Both the position numbers and the translations under genes were made by a program. Below the pieces are notes generated by a model. That model was given only the letters and a program-made list of their open reading frames with translations, had not been told where the DNA came from and searched no databases. Positions 19,891 through 28,536 of a stretch of DNA of 32,000 nucleotides are shown here, one piece after another (position 1 is the first letter of the stretch; each line of letters starts with the position of its first letter). Location of the stretch: sequence record OZ244522.1; one strand, given 5' to 3'.

Positions 19891-20181
19891 CTATAAATAA
19901 ATATAAACTTCTCATAGCTTCTAATTCTTTCTAGACTAGTATAGATATCTGAGGCCTATTTTTCTAGGAACTTTAGCCAGAAACAGTTAATTAAAAATAA
20001 ATTAATATCAGAGATCGTCAGTCATCTAGATGATTGCGACAGACTGGGTCACTAATAGGTAGCTGAAATGCTGCTTAATGCACAGTCGGAACTTTTAATT
20101 AAATTAATTAATAGAATATACAAATTCAAAGTTATTCTAGCTTTTTATGTAATATCTCTTTATTACAATTAAGTAAGATTG

Positions 20182-20217
20182 TATGTTTTACCTTATGGAC
20201 AGATGAGCCTGTGGGGT
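20182..20217 (+). CDS. cob: apocytochrome b, exon 2 (36-nt micro-exon, codons Y132-G143)
   Basis: tat gtt tta cct tat gga cag atg agc ctg tgg ggt = YVLPYGQMSLWG, the invariant Qo-site segment. It is followed in frame by the intron ORF. Confidence 0.85.
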
Positions 20218-21138
20218 ACAGCACCGCTAGACTTATTATTATCTTCAAGTTACCAATTTTTGACTTGTAATAAAAAAAATTCGAATTTTATGGAAAAATT
20301 TATAGGTATTTTAGATGGAGATGGATATATCGAAATAGGACCGCAAAAACAATATAATAAGAACTCGATAAAAACTCCAAAATCAACAATTAGAATTAGA
20401 ATTGTATTAAGATTACATAAAGAAGATAAAATATTATTAGATTTTATTACAAATACATTAAAGATAGGTAAATTAGATGAATTAAAAAGTGTAAATCAAT
20501 ATAGATTAATAATATATAAAACAGATATTTTTAATATTATTTATCCTTATTTACAAACTAATAATTTAAAATTTTTAACTTATAATAGACGGAAACAATT
20601 TTTTTTATTAAAATATATAATAGAAAATAATGTTAAAAATTGGGAAGTTTTAAATTTAGATGAAATTGATAATTTATTTAAAAAATATAATGAGCAGCTT
20701 GAATTTTCTGATATAATTAATCTACCTTTTTTTAAAAATTGGTTAGTTGGATTTACAATAGCTGAAGGAAGTTTTCATAAGAAAGCCAGAGGTACTAGTC
20801 ATTTCTCAATAGTACAATCTGGACATGAAAATTATCATATTATTAAAGCTATACATTATTTGATTAAAGGTCCAGAATCTCTAAATCATCAAATTAAACC
20901 TGAAAATGGTAAAGTATATCGAATAAGCTTTTCATCTAAAAAAGATTTAGTTTTTATTATAAAATTTTTTGAAAATAAGCTATTAGGATTAAAAAAATTA
21001 CAATTTGATAATTGAAAATCTTATATTATAAGTAAAAATCAAATAAATAGTAGTGCCCCAAATGTTATATTATCTAAAGTATCAAATAATAATTTATTAA
21101 ATAATAATTCTTATAATACCGAATCCAATAATGAATAA
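20218..21138 (+). CDS. LAGLIDADG homing endonuclease/maturase, double-motif, in frame with cob exon 2
   Basis: It contains FIGILDGDGYIEIG (motif 1) and NWLVGFTIAEGSF (motif 2). The track ends it at TGA 21013-21015. Read as Trp this gives ...KKLQFDNWKSYII... and the frame runs to TAA 21136-21138. An internal ATG at 20290 could serve as an independent start. Confidence 0.75.
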
Positions 21139-21706
21139 AAATTATTTAAATATAATATATGGTTTGTTATTAGGTGACAGTTATATTTTTAAAAATAATA
21201 AAAAAATAAAATTAATAATAAAAATAGAAGGAAAACATATAATTTATATGAGAGATGTCCATAAAAAAATCTCAAATTTAGGGTATTGTGAACAAAATTT
21301 ACCTAAATTAATAACTAAATTAAGAAAAAAAGGTAAATTAAATACATTAATGTTATTACACACATATAATAATAATAATTATTTAGAATTATATAATAAA
21401 TGGTACGTAGATAAACTTAATAAAAATATACCTGATGACATATTTAATTATTTTAATAAGGAATCTCTAGCTTATTTGTTGATGACAGAAGGACAAATCA
21501 AAAATAGAAAATTATATTTAAATATGACCCAATTTAATAATAAAGATATTAAAGTTATGAAACTATTTTTAGAAAATAGATTTAAATTAGATCAAATTAA
21601 TTTAAATAATAATTATTTAGAATTTAATTCTAACAATATTTTAAAAATTTATAATATTACAAAACCTTATATTTTCCCTTCTATGAAATTTAAATTTCTA
21701 ACTTAA
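21131..21706 (+). CDS. second LAGLIDADG-type ORF in cob intron 2 (191 codons)
   Basis: It reads IIYGLLLGDSYIFKNN (motif 1), ...ELYNKWYVDKLNKNIPDDIFNYFNKESLAYLLMTEGQIKNRKLYLNMTQFNNKDIKVMKLFLENRF...ITKPYIFPSMKFKF. This is the motif 2 region plus the typical PSM.YK tail, with MTEG in place of the usual MDDG. ATG 21131 overlaps the previous ORF's stop by 8 nt (ATGAATAA). It is uninterrupted. Confidence 0.65.
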   Translation: MNKNYLNIIYGLLLGDSYIFKNNKKIKLIIKIEGKHIIYMRDVHKKISNLGYCEQNLPKLITKLRKKGKLNTLMLLHTYNNNNYLELYNKWYVDKLNKNIPDDIFNYFNKESLAYLLMTEGQIKNRKLYLNMTQFNNKDIKVMKLFLENRFKLDQINLNNNYLEFNSNNILKIYNITKPYIFPSMKFKFLT

Positions 21707-22096
21707 GATAAATTATTAGATACTATTTTAGTTTAATATAATATAGTCTTATTAATATGTTATAATATGTAATACCTAAATAAAAATATTAATTTTAATA
21801 AGGCGACATAGTTGAAAACTGGTCAATTTTATTTATTTGTTATATAATCAGACCGTAGGTAGTTTAGGCTATCTCGACAGAGTGGTCCAATTATGGGTGT
21901 CTGAAATGATGCTTAATGTTCACTCGGAATTTATTTGAATTTAATTCAACACAAGGCTTAACACAGCACAGGGTATATTTGTAATAACAAATAATTTATT
22001 TCTTTAGCTCATTGTCAGAATTTTTAGAATAAATTTCTTAGTTCTATTTGTCCAGACAAACAGATAAGAAACATACAAATATATTATAAAAATAAG

Positions 22097-22163
22097 GCTA
22101 CAGTAATTACAAACTTATTAAGTGCAATACCGGTTTTTGGTAAAGACTTAGTAGAACTTATTT
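22097..22163 (+). CDS. cob: apocytochrome b, exon 3 (67 nt)
   Basis: gct aca gta att aca aac tta tta agt gca ata ccg gtt ttt ggt aaa gac tta gta gaa ctt att t(gg) = ATVITNLLSAIPVFGKDLVELI(W). The border was placed so the exon ends in T 22163 and the intron ends in G 23893. The alternative 22165/23896 gives the same protein. Confidence 0.8.
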
Positions 22164-22358
22164 GGAAAAGAATAGTATTAATAGCTAATTTAAAAATTAA
22201 ATAAATACTAATAGTAAAAACTTAAAAAAAAAAAGTAAACTTTTAAATCAGAATGCTTTTTTTTCATGATATTATAAAGTGGATAGAATCTAGTTCCTAT
22301 TTATTTATTAAGAAAGGAGACATTTTATTGCCTGAGATAGGAAAAATAAATTGAAGTA

Positions 22359-23240
22359 ATGTTCGTAAAGAAAAACCCTTATCAATTTAAGAGACAAAAT
22401 AAATTACTTTCTATTCCTTATTCTTTTCTTGGGAAATTAGCAGGTCTAATCGTTTCGCCAAAATCGGGTGACGGGTATATATTAATAGAAAAATCTGATA
22501 AAACTAGAAGTTATGTTTCCATTTCTTTGAAAATAGGATAGGTAGAGAAGGATTTAGCAATGCTTCTGGATATAGTAAGAAGTCTTGAACATAGGACGGT
22601 TCGATGAGCCTTATACCACAATTAAAGGGCAAGCAGTAGTTTCTCTGATTTTTAATAGAACAGAATTACAACAAGTTTTATTTCCTTTATTTATTTATCA
22701 TAAAATTTTCTTTTTAACTGAAACTAGATGCTCTCAATTTGAAAAAGCTATTTATTATATGATTTCAGGTGAAACAAAGTTTACTGAAATACAGTCTGAG
22801 TTTGAAGCAGCATAGAAATAGAAAAAAAAAAACAAAGATTGTCTACATGAGCCACGACTGCTCGGCGGTAAGGTTCCCACGTTTTACCTTTTTTCAAATC
22901 ATAAGTAGTGGGATTTACTATAGCTCGGCGGGAAGGTTCTTTTTTTGTTAAAAAAAATTAGACGCTTGTTTCGAATTACAACAACGTTCACATCTTTTTT
23001 TATTTTCAGCCTTTAAATATTTATTCCTGAGGGATAAAAAAAATCGGACTGGTCGCCAAAGGCGGGTAGGTCAAATTCCTAAATTTTCAGTTTCTTCAAG
23101 CCCCTGAGGTACTGATATACAAAAAGTGATAAACTTTTTTTTTTCCATTTTAAGATCATCCTCCTTTATTAGATAACAAGTTGATGCAATATAATTTATG
23201 GCTCGAAAACTTGAGATTAAGTAAACATTATAAAAAACTT
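22359..23240 (+). pseudogene. LAGLIDADG homing endonuclease pseudogene
   Basis: Pieces lie in different frames. KLAGLIVSPKSGDGYILIEK...SLKIG* ends at TAG 22539. Next come LNIGRFDEP..AVVSLIFNRTELQQVLFPLFIYHKIFFLTETRCSQFEKAIYYM and VVGFTIARREGSFFV (motif 2 with an inserted RR). The last piece is INFFFPF*DHPPLLDNKLMQYNLWLENL. It also contains GC-rich direct repeats. Confidence 0.65.
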
Positions 23241-23625
23241 ATATTTCCCTCCTTTCAGATGGAAGCGGCGCCTGAATTATAATTTAGTTAATTTTTTTTT
23301 TAATTTTAAAAAATAAGGCCTCCGTATTGGAGGCACATTTATTTGATTTATAAATACTAAACGCTCTGGATAAGTAAAATTTACCTCTATGCTGGTAACT
23401 ATCTTTTTATAGTGTGTACTTAAAAAAAGGTTAAAAGCCATTATAAGATACAATCAGCAGTTTTACATATGAACTCAACGAATTTATGGTAAACTAATTT
23501 TAATTAGAAGATGAATTCTATTATTGTATTCATTTATTTTGGATATAATTTATTATGGACCAAACTAATGTACTACAAAAAACTCACTCAGTAATTTAGT
23601 GTAGGGTGATGCTGTTTATAAATAC

Positions 23626-23750
23626 ACCTATTCCTATTCCTCCCGAGACCAACTCCTACCTTGCCTCGCCCTTATGTCTTTTATTTGGGAGGACATGCTG
23701 AAGGGCCATCTTTAGTTAGAAGGCCAGGGATCCCGGTGATAGGCCAGGGC
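23626..23750. repeat. GC module in cob intron 3
   Basis: acctattcctattcctcccgagaccaactcctaccttgcctcgccctta / gggaggacatgctgaagggcc...agaaggccagggatcccggtgataggccaggg. Confidence 0.5.
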
Positions 23751-23893
23751 TTATCTCTGTACCATTTTGTAATTCTTACCTTTTTTTTAAGTTAATAAGG
23801 TAAAATTTAGATCCCTTAGTAAAAATTGGCAATTGTTAAGAAAATAGTCTAGTCTTTTGATATTTACTAAATAAATGAATATAAATAAAAATG

Positions 23894-24217
23894 GGGGTGG
23901 TTTCTCAGTTTCAAATGCCACATTAAATAGATTCTTTTCACTTCATTTTTTATTACCCTTTTTATTGGCAGCTTTAGCAGTAGGTCACTTATTAGCTCTT
24001 CATGAACACGGTTCAAGTAATCCTAATGGTGTGACGGGAAATTTAGATAGATATACATTTCATCCTTATTTTGTTTTTAAAGATCTGGTTACATTGATTT
24101 TATTCCTTTTAGCATTGTCTATTATAGTTTTTTGGTATCCTAATTTATTAGGTCATAGCGATAATTATATACCAGCGAATCCAATGCAAACACCCCCTTC
24201 TATTGTACCAGAATGGT
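23894..24217 (+). CDS. cob: apocytochrome b, exon 4
   Basis: (W)[46 protein letters not shown]...YFVFKDLV...[22 protein letters not shown](Y), in the same frame as track ORF 23875..24318. The border is set so the exon ends in T 24217. Confidence 0.85.
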
Positions 24218-24219
24218 AT

Positions 24220-24410
24220 TCTTTATATTCTTCCTTTCCGTCTCTTTTAACTTCACTGTATATTTTTATACTCGCCCTTTTACCAACCCATTCCCTTTTT
24301 AAATTTTATTTACTTTAATCTTTAGGGGCGGATATTTACGTATTTAGGGCTAGATAAGCACATGAGGTGAATCGTAGAGAGGCGGGGAAAGGCGAGAGCA
24401 AGGAGTAGAT
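24220..24410. repeat. GC module starting 3 nt after the cob intron 4 5' splice site
   Basis: tctttatattcttcctttccgtctc...ctcgcccttttaccaacccattccc / aggggcggat...gaggtgaatcgtagagaggcggggaaaggcgagagcaaggag. Confidence 0.5.
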
Positions 24411-24689
24411 GCCAAATTAAGAGAAATCTTATGATTAATTAACTTTACTATAAGTTGGAAACTCCTAAAGACTTGAATACAAAAGAATGTTAAAATTTCA
24501 AGTATGTACAATGGACAATCAGCAGGTTATAAAACATAACAAACATAACTTATAAAAATAACCTCAGAGACTATACGTAAAGCTCCTAAAATAAAAATTA
24601 TAATTAGAATTTATTAATTATACTTTGCCCGTCTGGGTTCAAGGATGAAGATCTTTTCCAAACCATTATTAAAGGTAATGGGTAATATT

Positions 24690-24742
24690 TCTCTCCCTCT
24701 CCGCCCCTTTTTCCCTTTAGTGCCGGAAAAAGAGTGAAGGGA
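24690..24742. repeat. compact GC hairpin module
   Basis: tctctccctctccgcccctttttcccttt / gccggaaaaagagtgaagggat. Confidence 0.55.
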
Positions 24743-25103
24743 TATAATGTATTTTTATCTGATAACTTCTATAAGTTTAGTATGTACAAAAAACATTTGA
24801 TTCTTACTAAATAAACTTTTAAATAATTTATAAGTGAAGTGCCCCACGACCGCTTCACTACCTCATCATTCTATCTCAAGGCCACACCCTTCCCAGTAAC
24901 AGCCAACTTATATACCCCGAATGTACGGTAACATTTTTTATCAAGAACGACTCATAGCCCCCTCACTTCATGACCTCTAATTCTCCTTTTTAAGTCTCGG
25001 TTTACCTTAATATTAAATTATAGTAGTGACAGAGCCTTTATATACTAGGGGATAGCAGTGTAAAAAAAACTATACACAGTAATTCTAGCCTTATTTATGC
25101 ATA

Positions 25104-25238
25104 AGCCCCTCCATTTAGCCCTACTCGCTCCTACCCACCCTTTATGACTTTTTCTAATATAAGGCCGAAGGGCAGGGTACAGGTAAAAGGTATAAGGGCA
25201 ATTATAAATCAGATGGCGAGGAGGAGGATAGTGGAGTA
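25104..25238. repeat. GC module in cob intron 4
   Basis: agcccctccatttagccctactcgctcctacccaccc / aaggccgaagggcagggtacaggtaaaaggtataagggc...gatggcgaggaggaggatagtggag. Confidence 0.5.
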
Positions 25239-25320
25239 GTTTAAGGAAATATCCTCTAAATTCTTATAATCATGTATTATTACTATATAAACCTTCTCTG
25301 TCAAAATATCTTAAATTTAA

Positions 25321-25644
25321 AGACAAAAGTTCTACAGAAACACTACAAATAAACAGTATAGTTCAGTAAATTTTGCTACATTCTTATTTCCTTGTTTTAA
25401 ATTTTACAGAAACTTGTTTTATAACTTGGACAACAAAAAAGTGGTTCCTTCAAATACAGAAATTTGACTAACCCCTAGATGTTTAGGATATTGGATAATG
25501 GACGATTGTTCTATCCAAAATAAAGGTTTACATTTAAATACATATGGTTTTATTAATAAAGATGTCTTAATTTTCAAAAGAACAAAGAACCTTATAAAAT
25601 ATGTTTGAGGTATAGCCAGAAAATGATATAAAATATTCTATTAA
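25321..25644 (+). pseudogene. C-terminal half of a LAGLIDADG endonuclease (N-terminal motif missing)
   Basis: With TGA=Trp there is an open frame of 107 codons: ...VNFATFLFPCFKFYRNLFYNLDNKKVVPSNTEIWLTPRCLGYWIMDDCSIQNKGLHLNTYGFINKDVLIFKRTKNLIKYVWGIARKWYKIFY*. This matches the F.T.s...fY...KK.iP....LTP..LAyWiMDDG..GL.L.T..F pattern. The track misses it because of 3 in-frame TGA codons. The upstream part is replaced by GC modules. Confidence 0.65.
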
Positions 25645-25720
25645 AAAGAATTAAAGGGGAAAGAAAAGGATATATGGAAAGAAAGCATAGTAAGTCTTAT
25701 ATACTACCTATCTTAATAAT

Positions 25721-26030
25721 CTCTCTTCAACCTGCTTAAATTTTAATTCCTTTCCAGCCTCACCCTTATTCAGGGTCTATTTTTATCGCCCTTTCAGCCT
25801 TACCTATATGCCTTCACACACCTTGCCTACCTCTGTAAGATATTCCTAAAGCCTACAGATTAACGTACTATCCACCTCTCCCCTTAATTCCTATCCCAAA
25901 AGGAAGATAGAGGAGATAGAGGGAAAGGGCGACTCTATTTCACATTGATGGTACACATGGCCGGCGATAACATAGAAGAGGGAAAGGTCCATGGACAAGA
26001 GCTGGAAAGAGGTTGAGATGGGCTGATAAG
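25721..26030. repeat. large composite GC module in cob intron 4
   Basis: The CT-rich half runs 25721-25898 (..tcctttccagcctcacccttatt..tatcgccctttcagccttacc..ccacctctccccttaattcctatccc). The GA-rich half runs 25900-26030 (ggaagatagaggagatagagggaaagggcg...agaagagggaaagg..gctggaaagaggttgagatggg). Confidence 0.5.
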
Positions 26031-26203
26031 TAGTATAGTAATATAACTAGCTGGAAACGTTCTGGTAAGAAAAATAGGGCCGTACACAGAGATATATATG
26101 CTATCTAAAAACCAAGACTAGGTGAGGGTCGGCTTCGGAATCTTTCGGGGCTTATTAAAATTCTCGATAAGCCAGCCAAAATTTTATAATTAGTATAAAA
26201 ATG

Positions 26204-26249
26204 ATCTACTACCTTATTATGCTATTTTAAGATCTATACCTAACAAATT
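26204..26249 (+). CDS. cob: apocytochrome b, exon 5 (46-nt micro-exon)
   Basis: (t)at cta cta cct tat tat gct att tta aga tct ata cct aac aaa tt(a) = (Y)LLPYYAILRSIPNK(L). The borders were chosen so each 5' exon ends in T and each intron ends in G. Shifts of 1-4 nt give the same protein. Confidence 0.75.
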
Positions 26250-26479
26250 ACTAAGTACCAGTGGTTTGTATAAAATCTAATATATGCTTGAAAGCGTTAA
26301 TATCTAAATACTGTTTTATGCAGTAATAAAATTAGAATATATACGTAATAAGCAAGAAAAAATTTAAACTTCATCGACTATATGTAGAACATATGATCAA
26401 CTCTAATAAATATTTATTGTAAGAAATAGATTAAATTAGACTTCATTAAAGAAATAGTCACGAATAAAAAATTTAAGGC

Positions 26480-27060
26480 TGGATTATTTATTTTTGAAAA
26501 AGGTAGCTAAAGGTTAGTTTGACTTATTTTTAAATTACAAAGTACGGGCTAGGGATTTAGACCCATCATAGTCAGGGGTAATTTTTATTGAAATATCAGG
26601 CAGAGGTCTCCACTGTCCAGAAAAATAAAGATAAAAGAAAAATTTAACACTATGGCTAATTTGATGTACGTAAAAAAATAAAATTTCTCAACGTAAATTT
26701 AAACTACCTTTTAGTTTTAATGACAAATATCTCCGTTAGTGTGCAAATGGTTTCTTTCAAGCTGAGGCTCACTATTTTTGTCGTAATACGTGGAAAAGTC
26801 TTTTCGCCTAATTTTTCTTTGGTACAAATTTTCTCCCACAAGAAAAAAGTCTTGATTTTATCTCACTTTATGTAATGTTCTTGGATGTTCCAGAAAATTA
26901 ATTTTAACTAAATATGAATCCGGTTTACTAATACTTCGGGTTTATTCATATAGTTGGGATGTAAATTTAGGGGCTAATTGTAATTACTTTAGTTACATTT
27001 ATGGTGAGAATTTTATTGCTTTTATTAAAATTTAAGATAGCTGTCAAATTAGCCAAGAAG
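26480..27060 (+). pseudogene. possible, very degraded LAGLIDADG relic
   Basis: Only weak fragments in shifting frames: ITKYGLGI (resembling LG.G.I) and ANGFFQAEAHYF (resembling GF..AEG.F). There are many stops. Confidence 0.3.
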
Positions 27061-27900
27061 AGGATTCAAATTATCTCAGATTAGCTATAATTTTTTTTAT
27101 AATGGCAGAGCCCTTCATATCCCCTCATATTCCCTCATATGTCTTATTTTTGGATGGAAATAAACGTTTGTTATCTTATTCTGACCCTGTATTAGCTCTT
27201 ACACTTGAGGATAAAAAAATAGGGTTACCTATTAAAATTGATAATATCATAAAACCATCAATTCTTTTCCTTAGTGTCTTCATTCTATCAACCCCCTATT
27301 TTAATTCGAGGTGGATAAAGGCGAGGCTGGAACCCTACATGCCCGAGTACATGCAGCAGTAAATGGTAAAATGGGTAATACTTTTAAATACTTTCCTTAG
27401 CTTAAACCTACTTTCAGCCATCATTTTTTTTATTTATGTGTTCTAGTAAATTTAAAGATCTAGGAGGGCTCGTACTAAGCCAGCCCGCCGTATTAAAAGT
27501 TCTAGTTATTTTTTTTTTTTAACTCTGAAATAGAAAGTCTCTATTTTTCATCTGTTTCTTTAAGTGCAGAAGAGACAGAGGGTTTCACAGTTAATCCTAA
27601 ATATCTGTCAGAAATAACTGTCGAAGGTATTAATAATGTATTTACAATAGTATTCTCGCTGCTAAATTCTAAAGGGGAAGAGGTCTCCCCTCTCCAGCCA
27701 GCGATGCTTTTATAATCAATTGCCTTAATTAGAACTGGTGATTCATATAGTACCACTTATACTTAATAAGGCATACTCACTTTTTATGGTTTTATTAGAC
27801 TAATATAATTTATTTATAATTATCCTAACAAGCGAACTCAGTCTAAAGAATACTGGCTGGATTTAATAAAATCTTAGTTCAAGGAACGAGAAAAATAAAT

Positions 27901-27915
27901 CTCTCACTCCGCGCT
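27901..27915 (+). repeat. variant motif copy, CACTCCGCGC
   Basis: ctctcactccgcgct, within cob intron 5. Confidence 0.6.
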
Positions 27916-28193
27916 CAGGTAAAATTAACATTCAAAGCAGTTTACGGTCGTGGAACTTGGACCTTACAAAGGTACAAATATTTCTTGATAGTTTTTTTCC
28001 CTAAATAAATGCCTTATAACTTTCTCCCGCCCCAGCCTATTATCCTATAGGACCGTATAAGTCAGTGGGCTGTTTGGTTTTATGGATTAATCCAGAAATG
28101 AGTAACCATTATCTCAAACTATAAATAATCGTGATGAATCTATACAGGTTTGGACTCACATAGTTTTAAATTTATTATAGCCTACTTCTTCGG

Positions 28194-28536
28194 ACTGGGA
28201 GTTATAGCTATGTTTGGTTCATTGTTAATTTTATTAATATTACCTTTTACTGATTTATCTAGAGTAAGAGGTAGTCAATTTAGACCTGCTATGAAATTAG
28301 CTCTTTGGTTTTTTATTGTTAACTTCTTTATCTTAATGTGGATAGGTAGCCAACATCCTGAAACTCCTTTTGTAGAGATTGGGCAATTTTCTACAGCTTT
28401 TTACTTTTCTTGGTTTTTATTTCTAGTTCCTGTAATCGGGATAGCTGAAAATACTTTAATAGATCTTGCTTTATCTTCTGATTCTACGTCTACCACTATC
28501 CAACCCGTTTCCCTTTCCAGCCCTAATTTAATATAG
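28194..28536 (+). CDS. cob: apocytochrome b, exon 6 (terminal)
   Basis: (L)LGVIAMFGSLLILLILPFTDLSRVRGSQFRPAMKLALWFFIVNFFILMWIGSQHPETPFVEIGQFSTAFYFSWFLFLVPVIGIAENTLIDLA..., with stop TAG 28534-28536. The six exons sum to 1209 nt (402 aa plus stop), which is divisible by 3. Confidence 0.85.

Larger units (their letters stand above)
18367..20181 (+). mobile_element. cob intron 1 (group I) with decayed GIY-YIG gene
   Basis: It interrupts TAFLG|YVLPYGQ. The 5' exon ends in T 18366 and the intron ends in G 20181. Its 3' core at 20047-20120 is paralogous to that of intron 2. Confidence 0.75.
20218..22096 (+). mobile_element. cob intron 2 (group I), inserted directly after codon G143; carries two LAGLIDADG ORFs
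   Basis: It separates SLWG|ATVITNLL. The 5' exon ends in T 20217 and the intron ends in G 22096. The 3' core segment 21875-21947 resembles 20047-20120 of intron 1. Confidence 0.8.
22164..23893 (+). mobile_element. cob intron 3 (group I) with decayed LAGLIDADG gene
   Basis: It separates ELIW|GGFSV. It has a tatgctggtaac segment near 23390, the Q-like aatcagcag (23452-23460) and the R-like actcaacgaatttatgg (23472-23488). Confidence 0.7.
24218..26203 (+). mobile_element. cob intron 4 (group I), heavily colonised by GC modules
   Basis: It separates PEWY|LLPYYAILRSIPNK. It ends in G 26203. Q-like aatcagcagg (24517-24526) and R-like cctcagagactatacg (24562-24577). Confidence 0.75.
26250..28193 (+). 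mobile_element. cob intron 5 (group I)
   Basis: It separates SIPNKL|LGVIAMFGS. tatatgcttgaaa at 26281-26293 matches the motif in the nad1 and nad2 introns. It ends in G 28193. Confidence 0.65.

Noticed and set aside
27102-27756. ORFs 27102..27362(+) and 27541..27756(-) in cob intron 5
   Set aside because: Neither has an endonuclease or other motif. The first starts in a tandem 10-mer and ends in a GC patch. They are probably chance frames in intron RNA.
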